Source: Ginglymostoma cirratum (taxonomy: Eukaryota). From it: DNA of 64,000 nt. Of the stretch, positions 1-13,735 are shown piece after piece. The stretch's first letter is position 1, and every line of letters begins with the position of its first letter. The notes below the pieces were generated by a model. The model was not told where the DNA came from, made no database searches, and worked only from the letters and a program-made list of their open reading frames with translations. The stretch spans positions 1,863,941 to 1,927,940 of the forward strand of contig JAHRHZ010000085.1 of assembly GCA_024137785.1 (NCBI GenBank). The letters run 5' to 3'. The position numbers and the translations under genes were made by a program.

Positions 1-545
1 TAGAAATAGAAAGATAAAAATAATGACTGGTCTTATAGAGTAATCAGTAACAAATGGAATTCAATCTGGATAAATGTGAGCTCATGCCTTTAGGTAGGAC
101 AAACAAAGCAAAGGAATACATGAATACATCAGGTATCAGGTCAGGTGGATAAAGTGGTTAAGAAAGCAAATGGGAGACTTGCCTTTATTAGCCAAGGCAT
201 GGAGTTTAAGAGCAGGGAGATGACACTGAAACTATATAACTGGTTAGCCCACAGCTAGAGTAAAATGTGCAGTTCTACACATTCACAATATTGGAGGGAT
301 ATGACAGCACTGGAGAAGGTCCAAATTTACCATGACATTGCCTTGGCTGGAGGATTTCAGTTATGAAGAGATTGGACAGTCTGGGCTTGTTTTCTGTAGA
401 GCATAGGAGATTGAGAGGTGACATAATTGAGATCTATAAAATTATGAGGAACATACACAGTAGACAGGAAGAAACTTTTCCCCTTGATGAAGGGTTCAAT
501 GACCAGGGAGCCATAAATTTAAGATGAAGAGCAGAAGGTTTTGAG
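1..545 (+). mobile_element. Degenerate CR1/HER1-type LINE, ORF2 3' part
   Basis: Decayed matches to CR1 C-terminal motifs (QWEFNLDKC, QLE..VQF, RLRGDIIEIYKIMR). Confidence 0.8.
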
Positions 546-596
546 GATAGATGGATGGATAAATGAATGAATTAGCTTTATTATCACTTTATTATC

Positions 597-695
597 ACCC
601 TTCTTCAGAAAGGTCCCGGCCCGAAACGTCAGCCTTCCTGCTCCTCTGATGCTGCTTGGCCTGCTGTGTTCATCCAGCTCTACACCTTGTTATCA
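597..695 (+). mobile_element. Short Penelope-derived element (hammerhead-like repeat family)
   Basis: acccttcttcagaa...ggcccgaaacgtcagccttcctgctcctctgatgctgc, the same family as 8075, 22364 and 42025. Flanked by ttatcac on both sides. Confidence 0.7.
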
Positions 696-912
696 CAAAA
701 TAATGCAAGTTGAGAGATTGCACCCATACACAGGGAGATCAAGAAGGGTCGACTGTTACTGTGTAAGAGGTAAAAGCCACAGGACCAGCCTCCCAATGTC
801 AACTCCCTTTTTACTGACTTCCATCACCATCAATGTCTACTCACCATATTGACTCCTCATCCTTCTTCCTGAACCCCCTCATCGACCCTTTTACTCATAT
901 TCTTTTGGCAAA

Positions 913-1450
913 TATAAGAACATAAGAAATAGGAGCAGGAGTAGGCCATCTGGCCTCTCAAACCTGCTCCACCATTCAATAAGATAATGGCTAATCTTTG
1001 TGGGGACTCAGCTCCACTTAACCACCTGCTCACCATAACCCTTAATTTCTTTACTGTTCAAAAATCTACCTGTCTTTGCCTAAAAAGCATTCAACAAGGT
1101 AATCTCAACTGCTTCACTAGGCAAGGAATTCCACAGATTCACAACCCTTTAGGTGAAAAAGTTCGTCCTCAACTCAGTCCTAAATCTATTTCACCTTATT
1201 TTGAAGCTATGCCCCCTAGTTCTAGTCTCACTCACCAGTGGAAACAAGCTCCCTGCTTCTATCTTATCTATTCCTTTCATAATTTTATATGTTTCTCTAA
1301 GATCCCCCACATTCTTTTAAATTTAAGTGAGTATAATCCCAGTCTACTCAATCTCTCTTCCTGAACCAGCCTTCTCAATGCTGAAATGAACCTCGTGAAC
1401 CTTCTCTGCACCCCCTTCAGTGCAAGCGCGACCTTTCTCAAGTAAGGAGA
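913..1450 (-). mobile_element. CR1-type LINE 3' fragment
   Basis: ataagaacataagaaataggagcagg tail followed by antisense CR1 3' ORF2 sequence. Confidence 0.8.
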
Positions 1451-2619
1451 GACTGTTCTTCGTATTAGCAGTTGTGTAGTGCTATATCTTAATATGATAC
1501 TGTTTTATTTATATGTATATGCATATATAATATGGAAGCACTTACTCAAAAAGTAAAATGATCAATTGTGACTCATAACCTTTCATTTAAGTCAAAACAG
1601 GTCTAGACTTATGATGCAGGACACCACTGAAAGTGGAAAGAGCAGGACTGGTGATGAGATCCACAAATGATAGTTGGGAAACTGAGCTGGAGTTTGGAAA
1701 AGTTAATTGGAGCATGGAGCTGGGGAACAAGCAGACCAGTCAGAGTACCCAGGGTCTATGGAAAGTTGAATACATAGCAGATTGTGCAGTGTGTTTTAAC
1801 CTGAGCAGTGACAGGCAGGAAGAAGGAGGAGGAATAAATGCATATGGCAGTTTAACTGGAATTTAAAGAGAACAAGAGTTTTACTGTCAGAAATGGTCAT
1901 CAAATTAGCATTGACAAAATATGATCAGAATGCTTGAGCGAGGGAGAGTTGCGTTAAAGGATATTTAATTAACAGAGTTGAACATGATTAATCAGCTCAG
2001 AAACAGGCTAACCAGCAGAAGAAACTTGTGCTGGTGTTTATGCTGTTAATGCTTTACGACACTTCGCCAGATCCTTCTATGCTTTTTTCTTTCATTTAGC
2101 AAGCCAGCTTCCCTTTTGAAGGCCGTTATGTTTCAGGGTCCAATGAGCCATATTCTTGGGTGAAGTCTTCCACCGACTTCACTCGGTAGCTTCAGGGTGA
2201 TAGGTTTTTTTTGTTGTTTATTCACTGAGGTGTTTTTGCAAACAGTCACCAACTGAGAATGGAAAGTTTTTAATTAGAAATTACAGGTTTTATCAATAAA
2301 ACAGATCTAACTGCAATTAGTACAGCCACAAATAAATAACCAATTTCCACTGAATCCGCAAGGCTGTGGTTGCCCAGGCAGAGCTCAGCATTCTGTCGCA
2401 GCTACTTTTAAAATGCTCTGTGCAGGTTAGCTGCGTCACAGTGTGAGGGTATATCTTTGCAAGAATCTTGTCAAACACAAATGCAAAATGTGTCCAGTTC
2501 AATGGAAACATTTGTGGTTTGCAAAGCAAACTGCATCATGTATTTATGACACAGATTATGCCCCAGCTATTTGCAAGTGATTTTCAAGTGACCAAAGAAA
2601 TGCGGCTAGGTTTGCTGCT

Positions 2620-3825
2620 GATTCATAGAGTCATACAGCACGGAAACAGACCTGGTACTCCAACGCATCCATGCCGACCAATTTTCCCAAACTAAACTGG
2701 TCCGACTGGCCTGCATTTGGCCCATATCCCTATAAACCTTCCCTATTCACATACCTATCCAAATGTATTTTAATGTTAAGACCATAAGACCATAAGACAT
2801 AGGAGTGGAAGTAAGGCCATTCGGCCCATTGAGTCCACTCCGCCATTTAATCATGGCTGATGGGCATTTCAACTCCACTTACCCGCACTCTCCCCGTAGC
2901 CCTTGATTCCTTGCGAGATCAAGAATTTATCAATCTCTGCCTTGAAGACATTTAACGTCCCAGCCTCCACTGCGCTCCATGGCAATGAATTGCACAGGCC
3001 CACCACTCTCTGGCTGAAGAAATGTCTCCTCATTTCCGTTCTAAATTGACCCCCTCTAATTCTAAGGCTGTGCCCATGGGTCCTAGTATCCCCACCTAAT
3101 GGAAACAACTTCCCAGCGTCTACCCTTTCTAAGCCATGCATTATCTTGTAAGTTTCTATTAGATCTCCCCATAACCTTCTAAACTCTAATGAATATAATC
3201 CCAGGACCCTCAGCCGTTCATCGTATGTTAGGCCTACCATTCCAGGGATCATCTGTGTGAATCTCCGCTGGACACGCTCCAGTGCCAGTATGTCCTTCCT
3301 GAGGTGTGGGGCCCAAAATTGGACACAGAACTGCAGCTGTAGCTGTATCTACCACTTCCTCTGGCAGTTCATTCCACATGTGAACCACCTGAGAAAAGTT
3401 GCCCCTCATATCCCTTTTAAATCTTTCTCCTCTCACCTTAAAAATATGCCCCCTAGTTTTGAACTCACCCAACCTAGGGAAAAGACCTTTGTCAATCACT
3501 TTATTTAAGCCCCTCATGATTTTATAAACCTCTATAAGGTCTCCCCTCAACCACTGACATTCCAATGGAAAAGTCCTAGCCTATCCAGCCTGTGCTTTTC
3601 ACTAAACCTTTCAGTCCCAGCAATATCATGATAAATCTTTTTTGAGCCCTCTCTAATAATATTCTTCCTAAGGCAGGATGACCAGAACTGTGCGCATTAC
3701 TCCAAAAGTGGCCTTAGCAACATTCTGTACAGTCTCAACATGACGTCCCAACTACTATCGTCAGTGGTCTGAGCAATGAAGACAAGTGTGCTAAACATCT
3801 TCTTAACCACCCTGTCTACTTGTGG
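2620..3825 (-). mobile_element. Nested CR1 LINEs (younger copy 2776-3330 inside an older copy)
   Basis: ORFs 2869-3252 and 3218-3565 carry GDLIE.YKIM and FFSQRVV..WN.LP motifs. A (ccataaga)n tail lies at about 2776-2800. Confidence 0.88.
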
Positions 3826-5074
3826 AGAATATTAGATATGACCAACTCACAGAGAGTCTGCAGACACCTTAACTGAGTGGGCAAGAAGGAAGCAGATGAC
3901 ATGTATAATGTAGAAATGAGAGGTTATTTATATCAGAAGAAAGAACTGGAAAACAATTTACACTTTTAAAGAGTGAACTGTAAAATGTTTACACTTAGAG
4001 TGATTTTGGTGACCTTGTATGGAAATTACAGAGAGTTAAAATGCTGATACAGTGTGTAGTCATGAAAAAGCATAATAATGGAGTTGGAGTAAATGAGCAA
4101 GTGTCACTTTTGATGTCACCATACCTGAATTTCTGTGTTGTGATCTGTAGCTAAGGAAGTATTTACTTACCATATAGAAGGTACAAAAAGGATATCATTA
4201 GATTGATTCCTGGAATGAGAGAGCTGACTTAGAATGAGAGGCTGAGGGTAGTAGGCTTAAGCTGTCTGTCATTTAGAAGAATAAAATGTGATTTGTTTTG
4301 TGTGGTTTTATGCCCACATCCATAATTTATGTTCATGGCAGTCAGACTGGGGAGAAAACAAAGCTAAAAACAACATACCGCACGTCCCTCGTCCGAGTAT
4401 CAGTGATCTCCTATCTGATTAATGGGTTTCTTCTGTCTGAGTGTTTGATAAAGAACTCCCTGATCAAACTCAATGCGTAATTTTATCTCCAAAAGTTATA
4501 AATCTCCTTCAAGCTTGGAATTCAATGTAAACATTGCGATACCTCCCAGAACACCTTGTGCTACTCTGATGGGTTGTCTGTGGCATTGGGTGTGGGATGC
4601 TCTTTTTTTTTCAAAAACAGGAGGAAATCTCATCACAGCAAATAGTTAGTTAAACAGACTGTCCATGGTATCCACATGTAAGACCCTAAAACGTAGGAGC
4701 AGAAGTAGGCCATCGGATCTGTTTTGCAACTCAATGAAATCATGGCTGATTTGATAATCCCCATCACCCTTCATTACCAAACACATTTGAAGATGGATTA
4801 GTCATGGAAAACTGTCCGTGCCTGGATGTGTGCCAGCAGCAATTCTGTCTGAGCAAATGCTTCCTGGCAAAGAAGGCTATGCTGTTTGGACATGCATCAG
4901 CAGCCATTTTAGTGCTCAGACTAATTACTCTGATTTGATAAACTCTACTGTCTACTGGCAGTTGGTGCAGTAAACATGCTTCTCTACTTGCATTTCTTTT
5001 TTTTCTTTTTCTTAACTCCAGCCACATTGTTCTCTTTATACCCAGTGAAAAAGCTGCTTGACAACATTATTGTT

Positions 5075-5549
5075 TCCAGAGGACTGGAAAATTGCTAATG
5101 TGACACCCCTGTTTAAAAAGGGAATGTTTGAGGACTTTGGGACTATACTCATTGGAGTTTAGAAGGATGAGGGGGGATCTAATTGAAACTTTCAGAATAC
5201 TGAATGGCCTGAACAAAATGAATGTTGGGAAGATGCTACCATTGGTAGGAGAGTCTAGGACCCAAGGGCACAGTCTTAGAGTAAAGGGAAGACCTTTTAG
5301 AATGGAGATAAGGAGAAACTCCTTCAGTCAGAGAGTGGTGAATCTATGGAATTCACTGCCACAAAAGGCTATGGAGGCCAGGTCATTGAGTACATTTAAG
5401 AGAGATAGGTTCTTGGTTATCAAGGGGATCAAGGATTATGGAGAGAAAGCAGGAGAATAGGGTTGAGGAACTTATCAGCCATGATTGAATGGTGAAGCAG
5501 AGTCGATGGGCTGAATGGCCTAATTTCTGCTCCTATGTCTTATGGTCTT
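5075..5549 (+). mobile_element. CR1-type LINE 3' end
   Basis: ORF 5128-5460 LGLYSLEFRRMRGDLIETFRIL...SQRVVNLWNSLP, followed by a tcttatggtctt tail. Confidence 0.88.
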
Positions 5550-6190
5550 GAGGTTGGTTGGCTCACCGAGCTGGTTTGTTCCGCAGACGTTTTGTTACTG
5601 TGCTTGGTAGCATTCTCAGTGCAGCCTCTGATGAAGCGTCGGTGTGTTTTTAAACTCTGGGGTCCCACTCCCCACCATGGACAGCACCAATGTCATCTGC
5701 AAGATCCCCTGCACAGACTGCGAGAAACACTACATCAGAGAAAGAGGAAGGAAACTAACAACAAGAGTACATGAACACCAACTGGCTACAAAAAGACACG
5801 ACCAATAGTCACTCATCTCAACCCACATGTACAAGGAGAACCATGACTTCAACTGGGACAACGCCAAGATCCTGGGACAAGCTAGGCGGAGACAAGCACG
5901 AGAATTCCTGGAAGAATGGCACCCCATGAAGCATGTTATTAATAAACACATTGAACTCGACCCCATATACATTCCACTACGGAGGAAACCCGGAAGTGAG
6001 GCAATCCATTGCAACGGACCCCAGAGTTTAAAAACCAGGTGGGAAAACACTCCGACGCTTCATCAGAGGCTGCACTGAGGATGTTACCAAGCAAGGTAAT
6101 AAAACGTCTGCGGAACAACAAACCAGCTCGGCGAGCCAACCAACCTCAACACCCACAACCCGAGCTACAGCTCTACTCCAAAACCTTATA
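5550..6190 (+). mobile_element. Penelope-like element (Poseidon-type) 3' fragment with inverted pseudo-LTR
   Basis: ORF 5827 HDFNWDNAKIL...REFLEEWH...INKHIELDPIY resembles a GIY-YIG C-terminus. 5550-5667 is an inverted copy of 6017-6149. Confidence 0.85.
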
Positions 6191-7904
6191 ATCTTATGGT
6201 ACTGTTGCTGTAGGGTCTTACAGCCATGCAGAACATATTCATTATGAAACATACAAGTGTCATGGACGGCTTTAAGATATTTCTTCAGAATTGCCTATGA
6301 TCAATGTGTTTCGTGGATGTGTGCATTTTTTTTCTCTTGGAGTGAGGGAGTCAATTTTTAAAACCCAGCACGAAGCTTTTTGTATGTAACAGGAAAGTTT
6401 AGCTTAGTTTCATGCTCTTGCCTGGTAAGTCACTCATGCATGCACACACAAAGGTTTGTTTCAATACAAATATAGACTATAAATATAAAATATGGATGCA
6501 GCTCCGTCTCCACTTAAATGCAGGCCTGTTGTTTCACGGTGAAGATGTTAAAATGCTGGAAGTGAAGTCTTTGCAGTTGAAGATCTATCTCAGCAACTGT
6601 GACGTATTCCTCAGTTGATCTGCAGATTGTGAACAGAATGAGTTCAGGGAGAAATTCTTATGCAGCACTGTTGGTGTAGGCTTTTCCAGCCTGGTTGATG
6701 AGAACAGACTGATAGCAGGGCTTGCTATCTCCTGTCTGTCTCCTTGTAGTAATGTTTTGCTTTCTTAGAGAATCTGTCAGTTTGTCACAATTTGGTACAT
6801 TTTATAGAGAGGGAGAATGATCCGTGTGTCCTGAGACTGAGTAACAGATGCCGAATCTTGTACAAATTAAAAGAGTGTGGTAATTTTACTTTAGCATTTG
6901 AAGTGGTTGACTTTTCACATCTTAAGGCTTTTTGAGAATTGTTTTGAATGAGCAGACAAGCTCCAGCTGGAGTGACCTACTCCACCGCCATTTTGGATTC
7001 TAGGACTGACATCGTTAGAAGCGTATCATTAGACAGTGAAGTCTATTTACATTTTTGGACATAATTTCCAAGGTGACTTTCATGTCTGGGGATGTCTTCT
7101 GTTGCTTCCCCAAGATGTAAAGGAGTCTTTGAATCTACAATTCCTGCTGGCTGCTCTGGGATCCATTTTTAAAGTCAGTCTCTTGTTTTCACAAACGTAA
7201 CCTTTAGAAATAGTTTTTCAAAAACCATAAAGCTATTACAACAACACTGACGTGACATAAGATTCAATGAATTTTGATAGTGTTGTGCTGAGAAACTGTT
7301 CACCCCATCTGGAGAGTCTAGAACAAGAGAGGTATCCATTTAGCACTGGGGTGAGGAGCAATTTCTTCACTCAGAAAATTATGAACATCTGGAGTTCTGT
7401 GCTGGAAAATCTTGACAGTGCTCAGTTTTTGTACAGTTTAACATTGAATCAAAAGGTTATTAAATCCCGAGGAAATAAAGGAATTTCCGTATTGAATGGG
7501 ATCTTGCAGTCATGTCAAAGAATAGTCATAATGTAATAGAACAGTGTAACACGCTCAAGGAGCTCTTAATCCGAATGCTCTTTTTCTGTTATTACAATGG
7601 TCAGCAAGTCTGTACTTAATTTATTCAGTTCTTTCTGGCACTTTGCACAGCTTTCTGCAGCAAATGGGTGTAATGGTTTGCAGAGTAAATCTGTTATTTC
7701 TGGAATGTTGTGAGAGAACACAAAGTATCAATTTAAAGCAGAATGAAGTTTCAAATGCATTCCCTTTTATTAAAAAAGTTTCAAGCATAATCAGTGCAAA
7801 TGAGATAACATGGTTGCTGTGATGCTGAATCAGTTAAATGGGAAAGTTTTAGCTTAAAACCAGTCTCAGTCACTGAGTTAGTGATCTTTGAATATGTACA
7901 GAAT

Positions 7905-8282
7905 AGCTGTGGCTATAGTCCCACTGGACCATAAACTTGTTCTTTCATTACAGAGAGATGACTGGTGATTATTTAATCTGAGGGCTACCAAGCCTCACGT
8001 AAGGTGAGAGGCTGAGAAGAAGAGTGCTTCAAAGTAATTTCAGCGGTGTAGCAACTGAACCCATGCTGTTGTTAGTATGGAGCTGGAAGAACACAGCATT
8101 TCTGAATTTTCGAAGAAGGGTCCCAACCCAAAACGTCAACTTTCCTGCTCCTCTGATGCTGTCTGGCCTGCTGTGTTCTTCCAGTCTCACACTGTGTTAT
8201 CTCTGACTTCAGCATCAGCAGTTCTTGCATGCTGATGTTATCGGTCTGTATCACAAACCAGCTGAGCTAACAGACCTCCCTA
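7905..8282 (-). mobile_element. tRNA-derived SINE (possibly MetaSINE-like), interrupted by a short Penelope-derived element at 8075-8227
   Basis: Minus-strand head gggaggtctgttagctcagctgg...ggttcag and core ccctcagattaaataatcaccagtcatctctct. The insert is flanked by a 13-bp duplication catgctg(t/a)tgtta. Confidence 0.5.
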
Positions 8283-8439
8283 TTTGAATGTCAGGCCCCA
8301 GGAGGGATGTGCAGACCGCAATCAAATTGAAAGATTTGGCTGATTTCTGGACAAAATAACAGACATTCAGAGTGAATTGGAGGTTGGAATCTAATTGAGG
8401 AGATTGGGTATTTGATAAAGATATTACTATTTGGCCCAT

Positions 8440-9810
8440 AGCTGGAAGATTGGAGAGAGGCAAACATCATTCCCTTATTCAAAAAAGGGAATAGGGATAA
8501 CCCCAAAATTGCAGGCCAGTTAGTCTTACGTCAGTGGTGGGCAAATTATTGGAAAGGGCTCTGAGAGATAGGATTTATGATCACTTGGATAGGCACAGCT
8601 TGATTTGTGATAGTCAGCATGGATTTGTGAGGGGGAGATCATGCCTTATTGAATTCTTTGAAGAGGTGACCAAACACGTGGATGAAGGTAGAGCAGTGGA
8701 TGTGGTATACATGGATTTAAGTAAGGCGTTTTATAAGGTTCCACTTGGTAGACTCATGCAGAAAGTAAGGAGGCATGGGGTAGGGGGAAATGTGGCAGAT
8801 TGCAGTCAAAATTGGCTGACAAAACAAAGGGTGATAGTGGATGGAAAATATTCAACATAGTGCTCAGTTATGAGTGGTGTACCACAAGGATCTGTTCTGG
8901 GTCTTCTATTTGTGATTTTTGTAAGTGATTTGGATGAAGGAGTGGAAGGGTAGATTAATAAGTTTGCAGGCGATACGAAGGTGGGTCAAGTTGTGGATAG
9001 TACGGAGGGCTGTTCTAGGTTACAAAGGGACATTGATAGGATGCAGAACTGGGCTGAGAAGTGGCAGATGGAGTTTAACCCTGAAAAGTGTGAGGTGATT
9101 CATTTTGGAAGGACAAATTTGAAAGCAGAATACATGGTTAACAGAAAGATTCTTGGCAATGTGGAGGAGCACAGAGTTCCTGGGGTTCATGTCTACAGTT
9201 CCTTGAAAGCTGCCACCCAGGTGGATAGAGTTGTTAAGAAGGCGTATGGTGTGTTAGCTTTCTTTAATGGAGGAATTGAGTTCCAGAGCTTTGAAGTTAT
9301 GCTCCAGCTATACAAAAGCCTGGTTTGGTCGCATCTGGAGTATTGTGTCCAGTTTTGGTCGCCTCATTACAGGAAAGATGTGGAAGCATTGGAAAAGGTG
9401 CAGAGGAGATTTACCAGGATGTTGCCTGGAATGGAGGGAAGGTCTTATGAGGAAAATTGAGAGAGCTAGGGCTTTTCTCTTTAGAATGACGAAGGATGAG
9501 AGGTGACTTGATAGAGGTGTGCAAAATGATCAGGGGTATAGACAAAGTGGACAGCCAGAGACTTTTTCCTAGAGTGGAGGTAGCTATTACAAGGGACCAT
9601 AGTTTTAAAGTGAGTGGAGACATCAGAGGTAGGTTCTTTACTCAGAGAGTGGTAGGGCTGTGGAATGCATTGCTGGAGAGGGTAGTGGAGTCGGCCTCAT
9701 TTGGGGCATTTAAGCGGCTATTATATAGGCATATGGATGATAGTATAAGGTAGGGGTGGAGGTTCGATAGTCCTTGGGATTAGGGTAAAAGTTCGGCACA
9801 ACATCGTGGA
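8440..9810 (+). mobile_element. CR1/HER1 LINE, 5'-truncated RT region
   Basis: ORFs 8534, 8981 and 9496 contain SQHGFVRGRSC, VDVVYMDLSKAF and HLEYCVQFWSPHY, with stops and frameshifts. Confidence 0.93.
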
Positions 9811-10039
9811 ATCAGAGAATCAGAGGATGGACTTCCATGGGGTGAGATTGTAGGAAATGTCACTCGGGTATCGGCGATTAATTACAATGTTATGAAGGAC
9901 TGTGCTGAAAATGGAGGATTTGTGTTCCTTGATAAGGATCGATTGATACACACGCTCCTCCGACCTCAGCTCCTAAATTTATTGTTTCTTGATCTTTTTT
10001 GACAAGGTTCAGTCCATAACCCTCAGATCCACCGTCCTT

Positions 10040-10365
10040 GTGAGTCACAAGTTCAAATCTCACTCCAGAGAAAAGAGCACAATTACAATCGAACATTCTC
10101 GGTGCGGGACAGAGTGGGTGCTGCACTGTTGGTTATGCTGACATTTGATGAGAAGTTAAACCAAGGCCTCATTTGATCTTGAAAATAGAGAATAAAGATA
10201 GCAAGTCACTTTTTCAATGGATAACAAACTTTTCTCTCAATGTTCAGACTGGCAACTATCTCTGAACTGACATTGAAGTGGAACTTATTTGGTCATTTTG
10301 TCCACTGCTGTTTGTGAGAGCTTGCTGTATGCAAATTGACTTCTGCATTTTTAACACTACTGACA
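10040..10365 (+). mobile_element. DeuSINE-like (SacSINE1/AmnSINE-type) remnant
   Basis: gtgctgcactgttgg...gatgagaagttaaaccaaggcc...tgctgtttgtgagagcttgctgtatgcaaattg matches the remembered Deu-domain consensus. Confidence 0.6.
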
Positions 10366-10699
10366 GCTGCGTTTTTTTTTTAACTTTTCTTTCCTTTTAA
10401 TTGAAAAATCAGGATAAGGTCATGACCCTACAATGCTAGACTCCCCCGAGAGTGAAAATAATGGCAGAGGAGGCAAGGACCAGACGGTGTGAGAATGATA
10501 AGATCAACAATGGTCAGTGAGCTTGAGTTTTGTGTTCTTTTGTGAACAAACTCAATGTCCCCGAGCATTGCATGTTGTTGATAGAAGGTTATACCTACTG
10601 TAAGTTTTGGCCCTTTAGGCCACACAGTTTCAGCACTAGGAGTGCCATTCAGGCTTGAAATACCATCTACAGCATATAGACATATTTTCGCTGAGGGCC

Positions 10700-11720
10700 G
10701 TTCCAAATGCTGTGTCCCTGTGGAGTTCCACAGGAGTCAGTGTTGAGACCACAACTATTCACATTATACAAGAAATGATCTGGACCAAGGAAGCGAGCGC
10801 ATCATTGCTGTGTTTGCATATGAGATAAAGACAGGTGGAGGGACATTTAGTGTTGATGAGGCAGGTAGGTTGCAGAAGGATTCGGATTGGCTACAAGAGT
10901 GAACAAAATAATGACAGATGGAATACAATTTGGGAAGGTGTGAGGTTTTGCATTTTGGCTGGAAGAATAGAGGCATGGACTATTTCCTAAATGGGGAAAG
11001 GTTTCAGGAACCTGAAGCACAAAGGGTTTAAGAGTCCTAGTTCACGATTCTCGAAAGATCAACATGCAGGTTGGCAGTTAGGAAGGTAAATGCAATGTTG
11101 TCATTCATTTGGAGAGGGCTAGAATACAACAGCAGGAATGCTGGGCTGTAGAAGGCTCTGGTCAGACTACATTTGAAATATTGCGAGCAGTTTTGGGCCC
11201 TGAATGTAAAGAAGGATGTGCTGGTCTTGGAGAGTCCAGTGTAGGTTTACAAGAATGATCTTCGGGATGAAGTGTTTATCATATGACGAGTGGTTGAGGA
11301 CTCTGGGTGTATACGTGATGGAGTTCAGAAGGATAGTCGGGGGAGGAATCACTTTGAAACTTACAGAATACTGAGAAGCCATACTGAGACATATGGTCGA
11401 TGTGGAATACTAGGACCTGAGAGCACAGTCTTTGAGTGAAGGGATGACCCTTTAGAACTGAGATGAAGAGGAATTTGTTCAGCCAGAGGATGGTAAATCA
11501 GTGAAACTCTGATTGTCACCAAAGGCTGTGGAGTCCAAAAGATTGAGTGTATTTTAAAACTGAGATAGATAGATTCTTGATTTTAATAAGGGGATCAAAA
11601 GGTTACAGGGAGAAGGCAAGAAAATGGGGTAGGGAAACACATCAGCCACCATAGGATGGCTCAGCAGACTCAATGGGCCGAATTGCCTCATTCTGCTCTG
11701 ATATCTTATGGTCTTATGCG
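10700..11720 (+). mobile_element. Degenerate CR1 LINE
   Basis: ggagttccacaggagtcagtgttg (GVPQ.SVL) through to the tcttatggtcttatg tail. Confidence 0.85.
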
Positions 11721-12129
11721 TATTAGCAAGGATTCATGGACTCATGATTGACACCAACATTAACAATTGAAATGTCATTTTGCAGTAAGCTCCTTCTCTA
11801 AACACACAGCCATACACAAACTCAACAACAAGGTGCTGTCAGCAATGCAATGTCAATAATCACAAGCCACTTGCATGTTACTGGATTGTCAAAGTGTTTC
11901 TAGGTTTCAAGAGTTCTACAGAAGTTGCTATATTCATGGTACATGGTAATACAGGTGCTGATGGAATTTTCCCTGAAATCAAGTTATCTGCATTGATCAC
12001 TCAGCCATTGATACAGTAGCAGGAATTTCCCTTGACTTACAATGTGACGAGGATGACCAGGAAAATGATCAGAAATGCTACAGAACAGGAGCTGTTCAAG
12101 GGAGAAGCTAACTCAGTAAAAAAAACTGT

Positions 12130-13735
12130 ATCCACCTATGGTATTCAGGGAAAAATACACCTGTCTGAAGCTTGGCAAGAAATAACATGTCAGACATCTG
12201 CACTTTTCTAAGTCTTGTTCAAAGTACAACCATAACTGCAAACAGAGAAGGACATGAACAGTTTTCCCTGTAGCTTTGATTGTTATGAATTTTCCAGACT
12301 ATAGCAGCAGATATTACAAACACCTCCCAGTTTCCCAACCACTGTTCCAATGAGAAGGAAACTGATACTCTGTACTCCAAGAGAACTTGGTGCATTTAAT
12401 TCTCCAAAAAAAAGCCCAGAGAACTGCGGATGCTGGAAAACAGAAACAAAAATAGAAATTGCTGGAAAAACTCAGCAGGTCTGGCAGCATCTGTGGAGAG
12501 AAAGCAAAAGTAACATTTTGGGTCCAGTGACCCTTCTTCAGAAAATTTACTTCTCTTTTGTGAGAGAGTAGCAGGCAGAATAAATTCATAAATACACAAA
12601 AGTTTGGGGCTTCCAAATGGTGCTAGGTGCTATTGATTGCCCACCTCAGAGGTGTCCTACAACCAAAAGTAATAACATTCTATTTACATTCAGCTGGTGT
12701 ACGGCAAGGTATAGTGTCATGCTACATGGAACAAGCTAAGGCTTGTTTCCACTGGAGTTTAGAATTTATTTCCCAGAGTTGAAATGTCTAATACAAGGGG
12801 GCATGCATTTAAGGTGGAGGGGGAAAGTTCAAAGGAGATTTTTTTTTAACACAGAGAGTGGTTGGAGTCTGGAATGCACTATGAGGGGTGGTGGTGGGGG
12901 CAGATATGATAGTGCGTCTAAGGCATTTTTGGATAAGTACATGAATATGCAAGGAATAGAGAGCTATGGACCAAGGGCAGGCAGAAGGGGTTAGTTTGAT
13001 TTGCTGTCATGTTCAGCCCAACATGGTGGGTCAAAGAGCCCATTCCTGTGCTGTACTGTTCTACGTTCTGTGAATGAAAGGTGATTTATTTGAAGTTTAT
13101 AAGGTCCTTAAAGGTCTTGACAAGGTGGAAGTGGAACGTGTGCTTTTATTTTGTGCATCAGTTCAGAGCTAGGGGCCGCTGTTCTAAAATAAAGGGTCCT
13201 TTTAAGATATAAACAAGGAGATTTTTTTTTCACAAAGGGTGTTGTGCAACTTTGACAGTCTCAGCTTCAGAAAGCAGTGGAGGTGGGGTCATTAAATATT
13301 TTTGAAACAGAGGTAGATAGATTCTTGTTAAGTAGGGAGTCAAGGAGTAGTGGATGCAGGTGAAAAGATAGGATTTGAATAGATCCACCACCACTTTATT
13401 GAATGGTGGAACAGGCTATGAATGGCCTACTTCTAATTCATATGTCTCTGTGTTCTCAGTGAATAATGCAAGTGAGCACCCATTATCCTGGCATCGATCA
13501 TGATGCCTTGAAACCTTAGGGCAGCTCCAAGGTAACAAAGATGGATTTGATAGGAACATGGGAAGATTATGGTGCACAACCTATGCATACAATACACAGT
13601 CAGAAAGCTATACCTGCTTACCAAGTATAACAGAGCACACCACTGGCATACTACAGCAATACTTCCAATGTGTGGGTCTTTCTGGAGGAACCTGGCAATA
13701 TTCAGTGGGGAGTCCATCAAGGTTTGGGCTGACCT
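12130..13735 (+). mobile_element. Fragmented PIF/Harbinger transposase remnant, interrupted by a short PLE element (12410-12545) and CR1 pieces (12725-13450)
   Basis: Colinear HARBI1-like peptides: FQTIAADITNTSQ...ETDTLYSKR (~12292), VLGAIDCP (~12619), HYPGIDHDA (~13480) and EHTTGILQQYFQCVGLSGGTWQYS (~13633). Confidence 0.7.

Noticed and set aside
4400-4460. Minus-strand GVLYQTLRQKK...* resembling an ITIM exon
   Set aside because: The acceptor is poor, no linked exons were found, and neighbouring peptides (e.g. SDEGRAV) suggest a decayed L1/Tx1-type endonuclease.
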